Source of the DNA: Candidatus Latescibacterota bacterium
GTDB taxonomy: Bacteria; Latescibacterota; UBA2968; UBA8231
Reading direction: 5' to 3'
NCBI GenBank assembly: GCA_965248265.1
Contig: CBDFJF010000002.1
Span: 1,600,001 to 1,664,000, forward strand
DNA: 64,000 nucleotides
The position numbers and the translations under genes were made by a program. Below are positions 48,263-57,869 of the stretch, in pieces (position 1 is the first letter of the stretch; every line of letters begins with the position of its first letter). A model generated the notes under the pieces. That model had not been told where the DNA came from. It ran no database searches and worked only from the letters and a program-made list of their open reading frames with translations.

Positions 48263-48395
48263 GCAGAACCTCGTATCGAAGACGGGCATCTGGTTATTCC
48301 GTGTGCCCCCGGGGTTCGGCGTGGAGTTGGCCGATGATCTTGAGGAGAGGTTTCCGTAAATCGAGGGATCTTGGGCGGAGAAGGTTGAGAGGTAA
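48263..48395 (+). pseudogene. 3' remnant of a mandelate racemase/enolase-superfamily gene
   Basis: AEPRIEDGHLVIPCAP[+1 nt]GFGVELADDLEERFP*IEGSWAEKVER*. Confidence 0.6.
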
Positions 48396-48401
48396 AGAGG
48401 G

Positions 48402-49118
48402 TCAGCAGTTCAGCAGATACATGACGAAGGGAGCGCTGGCCACCAAGGCGTTGCCAGCGCCATGGAAGACGACACATAGCAGAAGTTTTCCTGTTTTTTC
48501 GTATATGAATGCGCCCAAAAGGCCAAACAGAACGATGCTTACTGCGTGCGACCAAGTTATTCCTGTGGTCCCAATAACGATTAGATCGATGAATTTGATA
48601 TGCCAAATCAAGAAAATGGTCGTCGATATCGCATATGCGCGGATTCGTCCAATGGCTAACAGGGATCCAAAGCACACACCACGAAAAAGCGTCTCCTCGA
48701 TCAGGGGCAGTATCAACGACAAATTGAGGGCATCAAGAAGTACGAATGCTACATAGCCGTCGTGTCCAAAGTAGGTGGGCAAACTGGTCGCCTGAGCGAG
48801 TCCGCGAATGCTCAAAACGATTCCAAGCAATCCGAACTTGAGGCTCTCCCCAATGCGAGGCAGTTGCTCCAACAGAAGCTTCTTCAGATCGATGTGGCCT
48901 ACCTCCTTCAAAACGAGCAGGAGTAGGCAGAAGAGCAGGATGTCCAGTGTGTTGCTGATCGCCACTTCTCGTACTGTCGTAAGAGAGAGGCCTATTCCAG
49001 ACATGGAATTGAGTGCGATTTCCCCAAGGCGCAGCGCGACGAAGAGACAGAGCGTTAGTACAAGACCGCGGGGATGATCGACTAACGGGTCCTGTATACT
49101 GTAGAAAGCACTTCTCAT
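48402..49118 (-). CDS. CPBP (CAAX protease/Abi) intramembrane metalloprotease
   Basis: EETLFRG, FLIWH, HGAGN; multiple TM; visibly AT-richer. Confidence 0.85.
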   Translation of the reverse strand: MRSAFYSIQDPLVDHPRGLVLTLCLFVALRLGEIALNSMSGIGLSLTTVREVAISNTLDILLFCLLLLVLKEVGHIDLKKLLLEQLPRIGESLKFGLLGIVLSIRGLAQATSLPTYFGHDGYVAFVLLDALNLSLILPLIEETLFRGVCFGSLLAIGRIRAYAISTTIFLIWHIKFIDLIVIGTTGITWSHAVSIVLFGLLGAFIYEKTGKLLLCVVFHGAGNALVASAPFVMYLLNC

Positions 49119-49189
49119 GGAAGCACCGACAAGCAGATGGGCGTCTTGGTAGAGGTTTGCGAAGGGCTGTGCGTGACTACTGATCGGTA

Positions 49190-49612
49190 CTAGTCGTCTT
49201 TTGCCTCTGCGCGCCGATGAACAATTGAACCCCCAGGCACCGGCACTTTTGTCGTCACGATAACGCTATCTTGTGTTACCTCAACTCGCGGCCCCATAGG
49301 TTCAAACGACACCCTATCCTCTACGCCTCGTCGGGTTTCCACTGAGACGATATCGATGTTACCGTCCGCATTATAATCGTCAAACAACTCCCCTACTATT
49401 TTCTTGGTTCCTTCCCAACCCCTGTATGGACTCGCCGGATCGAGACTGAACCAATCGAGAGCCGCCTCATAGGCATAAACCATGCCTGGAGCGGCCCCAT
49501 AGGGACGTCGTCGGTTTTTCACCAGTTCCATTTTCACGTTTTGCAACTCCTTCTTGTAGGGAATGCACAGCCCTCCGCGGCCACAGACGTGTGATAGCAA
49601 GCGGCGGACCAA
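49190..49612 (-). CDS. Hypothetical protein or C-terminal fragment, AT-richer
   Basis: 140-codon ORF, TTG start with no RBS; start uncertain. Confidence 0.4.
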   Translation of the reverse strand: MVRRLLSHVCGRGGLCIPYKKELQNVKMELVKNRRRPYGAAPGMVYAYEAALDWFSLDPASPYRGWEGTKKIVGELFDDYNADGNIDIVSVETRRGVEDRVSFEPMGPRVEVTQDSVIVTTKVPVPGGSIVHRRAEAKDD

Positions 49613-49804
49613 ACGCGTTTGTCTCTGGCGACGGTGGGGAAGGCGACCGATCGTGTTACTTCAGGGCAACATTGCTGGGTGCTTTCGGATACAGACAGCA
49701 AGGCGGGCATGCCTGCTTGCTATCAGTCGATGGTAAAGAGAAACACCACGCGTGCGGACCAGGCAGCCTCCCGTCCCCGGCCATCACGTGTGCAAGAGTT
49801 CAGC

Positions 49805-50581
49805 TCAATCCGGGTTCTCGAGCTTGATAATGGAGAACACGGCGCCCTGGGGATCGGCGAGCACGGCGAAGCGGCCGATTTCGGGGATGTCCTGTGGTTC
49901 CATGTAGATCTGCGCACCTGAGGAGGTCGCCTTTTCGCATGTCGCATCGCAATCTGCGACGGCGAAGTATACGCCCCAATGTGGTGGGACGGCGCCCATC
50001 TCCTCGGAGATCGGCATCAAACCACCGGCTGCGCGTTCGCCGTTCTTGAAGAACGTATACTGGGTTTCGTCGTCCTTCTCGGCGGTCCAGCCGAACATGA
50101 TGGTGTAGAATTTTGTGGCCGCGTCAGTGTCTCTGGTCATCAGTTCGTTCCAGCAGAGGGTGACTGGCTCGTTTACCAGGCCAGCTCCGGGGTGCTGATT
50201 CGGTTGCCACAGCATGAACACGGCGCCGGTAGGATCTTGAATGACCGCCATGCGTCCGGCTTCCATCACGTCGAAGGGTTCGCCCATAACGGTCGCGCCC
50301 AGTTCAGTGCAGCGGCGGGCAGCCTCGTCGGCGTTGTCGACCTTGATATAGCTGTTCCAATGTGGTGGAATGCCCGCTTGCTCTTCTCCCTGTTGGAAGA
50401 GTCCGGCAATTTCCTGGTCCTTGACTTTGGCCAGTGCGTACGAGCCGCCATCGGGGATGGGCACACTGTCGAAGCTCCAGTCGAACAGCTCGCTGTAAAA
50501 CTTCATCGCCCCATCGGGGTCGCTGGTGGCAAGATCGGTCCAGTTGAAGGTTCCTTCGGGGTACTCCTGCATCGCAGTCAT
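49805..50581 (-). CDS. VOC/glyoxalase family protein (two domains, Cfp30B-like)
   Basis: W.DL.T.D...A..FY..LF.W repeated; DP.GAVF twice. Confidence 0.9.
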   Translation of the reverse strand: MTAMQEYPEGTFNWTDLATSDPDGAMKFYSELFDWSFDSVPIPDGGSYALAKVKDQEIAGLFQQGEEQAGIPPHWNSYIKVDNADEAARRCTELGATVMGEPFDVMEAGRMAVIQDPTGAVFMLWQPNQHPGAGLVNEPVTLCWNELMTRDTDAATKFYTIMFGWTAEKDDETQYTFFKNGERAAGGLMPISEEMGAVPPHWGVYFAVADCDATCEKATSSGAQIYMEPQDIPEIGRFAVLADPQGAVFSIIKLENPD

Positions 50582-50676
50582 CTTGTTCTCCTATATGGTC
50601 GTCGGCACCGTCAGCAGTGTTCCATTCGGCAATATCCTATCCGGCCGATGCTACCGTCGCAAGCGAAAAATCGCCG

Positions 50677-52128
50677 TCAAACCGTGTAGGAGCTGGACAC
50701 GGTATCGCCGCCATGCCCGGTCCAGTTAGTGTGAAAGAATTCACCTCGGGCTTTGTCGATGCGCTCGTAGGTATGAGCACCAAAATAGTCACGCTGGGCT
50801 TGCAGAAGATTGGCCGGCAGGGTGGCGCTGCGGTAGCCGTCGTAGTAAGCCAGGGCGCTGCTGAAGGCCGGCACCGGAATGCCGAGTTGCACCGCGGTCG
50901 AAACCCCTCGGCGCCATGATTCCTGGCTGTGGGCGATGGCGTCGGAGAAATAGGGGGCAAGCAGAAGGTTGGTCAGGTCCGGGTTGGCATCGAAGGCTTC
51001 CTTGATGTCACCCAGAAACTGGGCTCTGATGATACAGCCACCCCGCCACATCAAGGCGATGCTGCCGTAGTTGAACTGCCAGTCGTGTTCGACTCCCGCC
51101 ATCTTCAGCAATTGAAAGCCCTGGGCGTAGGAGCAGATCTTGGAGGCGTAGAGGGATTGCCGCACATCCTCGACGAAGGCATCACGATCGCCGTTGAAAC
51201 CAGCAGCGGTTCCTTTGAGCAAACCGGCAGCCTCCACGCGTTCCTCCTTGAGAGCTGAAATACAGCGTGCGAAGACGGCTTCCGTGATGGTGGCGGTCGG
51301 GGCTCCCAGCTGCAGGGCTTCGATTCCCGTCCACTTGCCAGTACCCTTCTGGCCGGCCGTATCCAGGATGACATCGACCATCGGCTTGCCGGTCTCGTCG
51401 TCGGTGTGGGCGAGGATATCCCGGGTAATTTCGATCAGGTAACTATCGAGGACGCCTTCATTCCACTCGCCAAATACTCCGCTCATTTCCGCCGGACTCA
51501 TTCCCGCGACATGACGCAACAACCAATAGGCCTCACAGATCATCTGCATGTCACCGTACTCAATACCATTGTGGATCATCTTGACGTAGTGGCCGGCGCC
51601 ATCGGAGCCGATCCAGTCACAACAAGGGGATCCGTCGTCGACTTTGGCGGCGATGCTTTGGAAGATGTCCTTGACGTGGGGCCACGCTTCGGCGTTGCCG
51701 CCGGGCATGATGCTGGGTCCTTTGAGGGCGCCCTCCTCGCCACCGGAGACGCCGGTGCCGATGTAGAGGAGGCCTTTCTCGGTGAGATCGCGGGTTCGGC
51801 GGATGGTGTCACCGAAGTTGGAGTTGCCGCCGTCGATGAGGATGTCGCCCTTGTCCAATAATGGTATCAACTCCTCTATCACTTTATCGACGGCCGTCCC
51901 AGCTTGCACCATGATCATGATGCGCCGCGGGGATTTGAGTTGGGCGATCAGTTCGGTAGGTGAGTGGGCGCCGACAATGGACTCGTCCTTGGCGCGGCCC
52001 TCCAGGAAGGCATCTACCTTGGATGTGGTGCGGTTGTAGACAGCCACGGTGAAGCCGTGACTGGCCATGTTGAGGACAAGGTTTTCACCCATAACGGCCA
52101 GGCCAATTAGCCCGATATCTGCCTGCAT
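50677..52128 (-). CDS. gnd: 6-phosphogluconate dehydrogenase, NADP-dependent decarboxylating
   Basis: [51 protein letters not shown]. Confidence 0.98.
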   Translation of the reverse strand: MQADIGLIGLAVMGENLVLNMASHGFTVAVYNRTTSKVDAFLEGRAKDESIVGAHSPTELIAQLKSPRRIMIMVQAGTAVDKVIEELIPLLDKGDILIDGGNSNFGDTIRRTRDLTEKGLLYIGTGVSGGEEGALKGPSIMPGGNAEAWPHVKDIFQSIAAKVDDGSPCCDWIGSDGAGHYVKMIHNGIEYGDMQMICEAYWLLRHVAGMSPAEMSGVFGEWNEGVLDSYLIEITRDILAHTDDETGKPMVDVILDTAGQKGTGKWTGIEALQLGAPTATITEAVFARCISALKEERVEAAGLLKGTAAGFNGDRDAFVEDVRQSLYASKICSYAQGFQLLKMAGVEHDWQFNYGSIALMWRGGCIIRAQFLGDIKEAFDANPDLTNLLLAPYFSDAIAHSQESWRRGVSTAVQLGIPVPAFSSALAYYDGYRSATLPANLLQAQRDYFGAHTYERIDKARGEFFHTNWTGHGGDTVSSSYTV

Positions 52129-52197
52129 CTTCGCATCCTTTCGGCTTGGTTATCCTGATTCACAGCTTCAGAGCATGCTGGCGAACCGGTGGAAGAT

Positions 52198-52244
52198 ATA
52201 AACCGTGCTGGTGACACCGCGGTCAAGGTTTATGGCGCATCGTT
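52198..52244. repeat. Direct repeat copy 1 (47 bp)
   Basis: ataaaccgtgctggtgacaccgcggtcaaggtttatggcgcatcgtt; 42/47 identical to 53230-53276. Confidence 0.9.
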
Positions 52245-53186
52245 TCACCGCAAAAACGCAAGATCCTTCGCCCCCTGCGCCAGGATCTCCATCTGTTCAT
52301 CATCGAGGGTGTAATATGGCAGCGGCAAGTACCTCCCGCTGATCCCAAACACTTCCGACAGCCCGTGCCACGCTGAATTCATACTCACCCCGAAAGAGGC
52401 AAGCAGATCCCTGAGTGGATACTCAATCTCGCGAATCATTCGCCATGACTTTTCGTAATCCCCGGCCTTTACGGCATCAAAATACTCCCAGGCAATGTCC
52501 GGCCGGTAACTCATGATCAGGCACAAGTAGCCGTCGACGCCGTAGGGCACCTGCAAGGTGTGATTGGCCATCAAACCACCCGATACCACAGCCCAGCGAT
52601 CGTGCACCATCATGCACATCCGGTTGCCCGCGTCTCCTAACACATCGTCTTTGACCGCGACCAGATTCGGTGCTCCTTCGTAGAGGGCGCGCAGGATTTC
52701 CATCTGCCGCCCCGGTGGCCGCAGGCCGCTCGTCGTAAAGAAGGCGGTGACGATCATCGTCGGCACGTGTGCGCCGACCGCGTTAAAGTGCTGCACCAAC
52801 TGCTCCGGCTCCGAAGACGCGGCCCAATCGGGCGGGAGAAGCATCAGCAGGTCGGCGCCGATCTGCTTGCAATATTCAGCGAAGGCCACGGCCTTCGGGG
52901 TCGCCCAGGAGTTGTCAGCCGCTATCACTTTCGCACGAGCATTGCTGTGTTCGACCACCACTTTTACCAGTTCGGCGATCTGGTCATCCGTCTGCACCGA
53001 GAACAGACTGCCGCCCCAGGTCACCATCAGTGTCCTGGCCTTCCCGGCGATGGCGAAATCCACCTGCGCCCGCACACCATCGTAATCAACCTCTCCGTCT
53101 ACGGTGAACGGAGTGCGAATCGACGGCACCGGGCTGTCCAGAGCGTGGCGTAGTTCCTCAGAACAACCTCTAAATTCTAAACTCAT
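52245..53186 (-). CDS. Dihydrodipicolinate synthase-family aldolase/lyase (not DapA)
   Basis: TPFT.DG.VD, GAD.LMLLPP, Schiff-base Lys in VAVKDD; lacks GTTGE. Confidence 0.8.
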   Translation of the reverse strand: MSLEFRGCSEELRHALDSPVPSIRTPFTVDGEVDYDGVRAQVDFAIAGKARTLMVTWGGSLFSVQTDDQIAELVKVVVEHSNARAKVIAADNSWATPKAVAFAEYCKQIGADLLMLLPPDWAASSEPEQLVQHFNAVGAHVPTMIVTAFFTTSGLRPPGRQMEILRALYEGAPNLVAVKDDVLGDAGNRMCMMVHDRWAVVSGGLMANHTLQVPYGVDGYLCLIMSYRPDIAWEYFDAVKAGDYEKSWRMIREIEYPLRDLLASFGVSMNSAWHGLSEVFGISGRYLPLPYYTLDDEQMEILAQGAKDLAFLR

Positions 53187-53229
53187 CAGTTACTCCAATT
53201 CATCAGGTCAGATTGGTTGTGTAGAAAAC

Positions 53230-53276
53230 ATAAACCGCGCTGACGACACCGCGGTCAAGGTTTGTGGCGAATCGTT
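53230..53276. repeat. Direct repeat copy 2 (47 bp)
   Basis: ataaaccgcgctgacgacaccgcggtcaaggtttgtggcgaatcgtt. Confidence 0.9.
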
Positions 53277-53354
53277 ATTTGTGTAGTATGTGCCAATACC
53301 ATCCAGTGGGTTTCGGTTCGTGACTCCCGCATCCCAGCACGGGTAATTGGTTGA

Positions 53355-54230
53355 ATGATGGTACCTGCCACAATCTACGCCGGCCTCCTCGTCTTCAGCC
53401 TTGGGTGTGTAACTCTGCCGAGGGTCGAAAAAAGACCGATCGAGAAGGAGTCTCCCCCGACTCGCACGGAGTTGGAGAGGAAGATGCAGGAGGAGTTCGT
53501 CGATCTCCACGCCTTGGACACAGGGCGCTACAAGGGTCTGGTCATTCAGGATCTGCAGGACAAGCGGAACGCCAAAGGATTCGTCTATCTCTCCATGATA
53601 GTTGGGGAGGAGCTCGATCCGCCCACGTACAGGGCGATTCCCCAACTCGTGGAAGCGATCAACAAGTTCACGCGGATCAAAGCCAAGGCCGAGAAGCCTC
53701 TCGCTCTACACTCCCGAGATCTGTTCAGAGCGCCCTTTGTTTACATCACGGCGGCCAAGGGCTTCTCTCTGTCGGAGCGGGAAAAAAAGAACCTCGAGAA
53801 CTACATGCGACTGGGAGGTTTCGTGTTCGCAGAAAACAGCAGGCCGCGATTTGAATACGGTCCAGCAGAGGCCTCTCTGCGAAAGATGTTCAAGGACGTG
53901 CTGAGAAAGGATGCCCGCTTCCAGCTTCTCACAAACAACCATCCCATCTACCACAGCTTCTTCGACTTCAACGGCGGACCGCCACCGGGCGGCGAGATCT
54001 TCGGCCGGCGTTCGGAACCGGGCGTTCCTTCGCCCCATCTGGAGGGCATATACCTCGATGGACGACTTGTCGCCGTGTACTCAGACAAGGGTTACGGACT
54101 CATCTGGGAGGACGAATTTCGGAACGAGCCTCAACTGAAGATGGGGATCAACCTGGTCGTCTATGCCCTGACCCAAGAGGGCTCGATCGCTCAACAGCAG
54201 ATCGACTTCTTCATGCGGCGCGGCCGTTGA
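53355..54230 (+). CDS. DUF4159 domain protein, probable lipoprotein
   Basis: SLGC lipobox-like; PFVYIT, E..NL..Y...GGF, HPIYHSFFDF, KMGINLVVYALT. Confidence 0.8.
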   Translation: MMVPATIYAGLLVFSLGCVTLPRVEKRPIEKESPPTRTELERKMQEEFVDLHALDTGRYKGLVIQDLQDKRNAKGFVYLSMIVGEELDPPTYRAIPQLVEAINKFTRIKAKAEKPLALHSRDLFRAPFVYITAAKGFSLSEREKKNLENYMRLGGFVFAENSRPRFEYGPAEASLRKMFKDVLRKDARFQLLTNNHPIYHSFFDFNGGPPPGGEIFGRRSEPGVPSPHLEGIYLDGRLVAVYSDKGYGLIWEDEFRNEPQLKMGINLVVYALTQEGSIAQQQIDFFMRRGR

Positions 54231-54291
54231 GCCACAAGGCTCGGCACCGCCAAGGGTGGACCGGGCTTCGTCGGAGTGATAAACTGAACAG

Positions 54292-55272
54292 ATGCGAATC
54301 CTCATCACCGGTGTAACTGGAAGAATCGGCGCGAACCTGGCGGCAGCGCTGGCCAAAGACGGTCATCAGGTACGGGGGCTTGTGTGGGATAAGGACAACG
54401 ACCGTGATACCAACAAGCTGCGTGACTACGACGTGGAGTTCGTGTCGGGCAGCCTGACCGAGCCCGACTCTCTTCGCGGCGCCGCACAAGGAGTGGAGGC
54501 CGTCTACCACCTCGGTGCTGCGTTCCAGGCTGGTGGACCGTTTGAGACCGAGGACTATTTTGAGATAAACGTTCGTGGTACCTTCAACCTCCTAGAAGCT
54601 GCAAAGGCCCAGGACAATCTGCAGCACTTCTTCCTCGCCAGCACCGACTCAGTCTACAAGAAGTCGGCGCCGGGCGGCATGAAGGAGCCGATATCGGTCG
54701 AGAGGAACCCACCGCAGCCGAGCAATTGGTATGCCCTCTCAAAAGTGCTGGCAGAGGACCTTTGCATCGGCTACTACCGCTCCTATGGCATGCCGAACAC
54801 AGTCGTCCGCTTCTGCAACACGCAGGGAGCCGGCGAATTTATCAACTACGGCGCCTTCTGGTTGAGCAAGATGAAGGACCGCCCCGACCTCGCGGCATTG
54901 TGGAATGGGGAAGAGCGCCTAGTCATCGCGAGGGATAATAATGGCACGCCCTGGAAGAAGCACATGGGCGATGTGCGGGACATGGTGCACGGCTGCACCG
55001 TCGGCCTGGGGAAGTCAGCCGCTTTCGGAGAGATATTTCAACTCGGCGGTCCCAACGCATTCACATGGGACACGCTAATCCCCTACATCTCGGAGAAGAC
55101 CGGCGTGCCTTACGTCGAAGCGAAGCTGAGCGGAGACCCGACCAACTATGAGTACAACCTGTCGAAACCGCGCGACCTCCTGGGCTTCAACCCGCAATAC
55201 GATGGCTTCCGCATGATCGACGACTGCATCGCTTTCCGAAACGGCGAAGATATCGGCGTGCTGCCGACGTAG
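54292..55272 (+). CDS. NAD-dependent epimerase/dehydratase (extended SDR)
   Basis: TGVTGRIG, NV.GT.NLL, YALSK, DVRD. Confidence 0.9.
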   Translation: MRILITGVTGRIGANLAAALAKDGHQVRGLVWDKDNDRDTNKLRDYDVEFVSGSLTEPDSLRGAAQGVEAVYHLGAAFQAGGPFETEDYFEINVRGTFNLLEAAKAQDNLQHFFLASTDSVYKKSAPGGMKEPISVERNPPQPSNWYALSKVLAEDLCIGYYRSYGMPNTVVRFCNTQGAGEFINYGAFWLSKMKDRPDLAALWNGEERLVIARDNNGTPWKKHMGDVRDMVHGCTVGLGKSAAFGEIFQLGGPNAFTWDTLIPYISEKTGVPYVEAKLSGDPTNYEYNLSKPRDLLGFNPQYDGFRMIDDCIAFRNGEDIGVLPT

Positions 55273-55320
55273 GAGTCTGACTACCCCCCGCAGAAGACGC
55301 TCGATGCCCTTGGGCTACCT

Positions 55321-57444
55321 CTATTGCGACGCGTCGATAAGGGCAAGCGCCGCCTCAATGCTGATGATTGCCTCTCGATCCGCCTTCAACGCTTCTTCGA
55401 TCAGCCCTTGGACCTCTGCGCGATCCTCCGCCTTCCAGCCCTTTCTGCTTTTCGCCGTTACGCAGAGATCGTACAGTGGATTCAGCGACTCCAGCTCACG
55501 GTCATAATGCATCGCCGCCGACTCGAGTGGATCCGCTGCTTTGGGGAAGAGAGCGACGAGTTCCCGCATATACTCGGCGGCTACAAGACGTCGTCCTTTC
55601 AAGGTCTCCGCATGATGGCGGGAAATTTCCAGCGGAACATCCTCGGACTCGAACGCCTCACGCCAGAGTTCGTAGGCTGCAAAACCATACGGGATACTCG
55701 GCACTCCATTGTGTTTCATAAATTGCTCATCAGTGTATCTGATGCCCATCGCGAAACCGATCGCGTTCCGAAGAGCCGTCCGATGCATTTCCTTCTCGTC
55801 TGCTGCAGTAGGCTGGACATATACCCTTACGTTGAACCACTCGACAGGATCGGCATGTCCGATTGCGTCGTAGCGAACCGTGTAGGTGTCCGCTACATAC
55901 GGGTGACGCACGGTGTAGGTTTCCTCCGCCTCATTGTATCCGACGATCAAGCCCCAGCAGAACGCATGGTGCGCAGGGTGGTCGCTGGCTTTCTGTTCGA
56001 GGCTCATTGGCTGCCACACCAAGGCGGGGAAGCCCTGTTCCAGGCCCACCCGCACTGAGTCTCTGGCCTCTCGTTTCAACTCCGGAAGATTGACATCCGT
56101 ATCGTGTTTGTTGGCGTGGAATTCATGGAACTCTGCGAGCTGTGGGACGAAGTCCAGCGCCAGGCCCCAGTCGATGTTGTCGTGCATGACTCCTCCGCCA
56201 CCCTCTATCATTTCGAAGTGGAACGCGTGACCCATAAAGCCCTCCAACCGCGCCCTGGACCATTCTGGACGGCCGACGGCTTGCATCAAGGGGCTAAGGC
56301 ATAGGGGAAGAGTGTCGCCCCGGTTCGACGGCTTGACGTCTACCATAATGTTCATCGGTTCGTCTCCTTTCGGTCCGGCATCCGTGATGTTTGTCTCCGT
56401 TCCACCGACGACGACGGCGAGCACGAAGAAGCCCAAAACGCTCGCCAAACTCACTAAAGGAGGGCTCACTAATCGGTCCCTCCCATCTGCTACATCGGCG
56501 GCGAGCAACCGCTTGACGCGCGACAGCAGGGAGCCATCTGTCGCCGCAACTGCCAGAGCTGGACCTCTGAGTTCCTCGAGTGTGGCCAGCGCGAATGCGT
56601 ACGACTTTGGATCGCTGACACCAGCCGCGGCGTCATCGCAGCAGTGCTCTCGCTCGGTCCGAATACCGCGAGACACCCACCACACGGCCGGATGGAAAAA
56701 GAACGTCGTCTCGACGAGCCTTTGGAGCAGGTTGACCAGATTGTCGTAACGCCGGATGTGTGCCAGTTCGTGAACCAGGATCGCTTCGAGCTGATCAGGC
56801 GTCAGCCCCAGGAGTGAGCTTGTTGGAATTAGGACAACGGGTCGAAAGATACCGACGACCATCGGAATCTTTGCCATCGAGGAAGTGACCACCTCGACGC
56901 CGCGACGGAGGCCCTGTCGTTTTGCCAGGTTACGCACGCGAACACACCACACCTCTGGCAGGGGCTGTGTTCCAATCCGCCTCAGGGGGTAGGAGGCCCA
57001 GCAACCACCTAGCAGACGTAGCGACAAGAGCAAAACACCCACAGACCACCATAATACGATTTGCGGTATGTGGTCCTGCAGATTGACAGCCAAGCTCGCC
57101 GGCCAACTCTGATACACAGATGTCGGGCCGTCGTGTCGTTGGGCCGATTCCGTTAACGTTGCCGCAGCCGATGGGGTCGCCGCCATGACGAATGGGGATT
57201 CATTACGGGGACCCAGCAGAGTAGGCCCCGAAGGTCTCTCAGATTGGTGGACCCAAAAGGTGACCAGCGGCAGCACTACCATGACGAGCAAGGCGGCACA
57301 CGCAGTGGCGTAGCGCCATCGCGGGTTTCTCAGAAACATATTCGCGATCGCAAGGACGGCGGCCACTGCAATACCTTGCCAGACGAAATGCAGGAGCATC
57401 CACCCGATCGCCTGGATAGTATGTTCACTCAGAAAAACGCTCAT
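55321..57444 (-). CDS. BlaR1-type M56 metallopeptidase signal transducer with non-PBP C-terminal domain
   Basis: GW.LLHF.WQG, P.VVG..RP.VLIP, HELAH, FFHPAVWW, ERE.CCD; ATGA overlap with blaI-like gene. Confidence 0.9.
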   Translation of the reverse strand: MSVFLSEHTIQAIGWMLLHFVWQGIAVAAVLAIANMFLRNPRWRYATACAALLVMVVLPLVTFWVHQSERPSGPTLLGPRNESPFVMAATPSAAATLTESAQRHDGPTSVYQSWPASLAVNLQDHIPQIVLWWSVGVLLLSLRLLGGCWASYPLRRIGTQPLPEVWCVRVRNLAKRQGLRRGVEVVTSSMAKIPMVVGIFRPVVLIPTSSLLGLTPDQLEAILVHELAHIRRYDNLVNLLQRLVETTFFFHPAVWWVSRGIRTEREHCCDDAAAGVSDPKSYAFALATLEELRGPALAVAATDGSLLSRVKRLLAADVADGRDRLVSPPLVSLASVLGFFVLAVVVGGTETNITDAGPKGDEPMNIMVDVKPSNRGDTLPLCLSPLMQAVGRPEWSRARLEGFMGHAFHFEMIEGGGGVMHDNIDWGLALDFVPQLAEFHEFHANKHDTDVNLPELKREARDSVRVGLEQGFPALVWQPMSLEQKASDHPAHHAFCWGLIVGYNEAEETYTVRHPYVADTYTVRYDAIGHADPVEWFNVRVYVQPTAADEKEMHRTALRNAIGFAMGIRYTDEQFMKHNGVPSIPYGFAAYELWREAFESEDVPLEISRHHAETLKGRRLVAAEYMRELVALFPKAADPLESAAMHYDRELESLNPLYDLCVTAKSRKGWKAEDRAEVQGLIEEALKADREAIISIEAALALIDASQ

Positions 57445-57830
57445 TTGCGTCTCCTTTCCGCCTCTTCCAGCAGTTTCCGGATTTTCGCCAGTTCCTCGGC
57501 AGAAGCTGTCTTCGCGGACAGAGCTCCTGCCACCAACCCGGCTGCGGAGCCGTCAAACACCTTGTCGACGAGCGCCCCGACGAGAGACCGCTGGGTCTCC
57601 TCTCGATCGACAACAGCTTCGTAGATGTGGGCTTTCCGCGATTCGTCGCGCTGGACCAAGCCCTTGCCGGTCATCACCTGAAGTGTTTTCAGTGTGGTCG
57701 TGTAGCGGATGTCCCGGAGCTCAATCAGAGCGTCGTGGACATCGCGAACAGTGCAGGGTCCTCGATGCCACAGAACATTCAGCACATCGAGCTCTGCATC
57801 CGTCGCCTTGCGGCTGTCGTTGCGACCCAT
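57441..57830 (-). CDS. BlaI/MecI/CopY family transcriptional repressor
   Basis: T.AEL.VL.VLW.RGP.TVR.V, YTT.LK.LQ.M..KGLV.R, F.GS; GGAGG RBS. Confidence 0.93.
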   Translation of the reverse strand: MGRNDSRKATDAELDVLNVLWHRGPCTVRDVHDALIELRDIRYTTTLKTLQVMTGKGLVQRDESRKAHIYEAVVDREETQRSLVGALVDKVFDGSAAGLVAGALSAKTASAEELAKIRKLLEEAERRRK

Positions 57831-57869
57831 GCGGCCTCCTATCGGTAGTGTCTCGATTCGATGCCAGCC

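Noticed and set aside
49697-49721. Hairpin AGCAAG(G)CGGGC-AT-GCCTG-CTTGCT as a terminator
   Set aside because: No adjacent U-tract on either strand; function not supportable.
52198-53276. CRISPR or IS interpretation of the 47-bp repeat
   Set aside because: Only two copies about 1 kb apart, in direct orientation, enclosing a metabolic gene; no cas or transposase.
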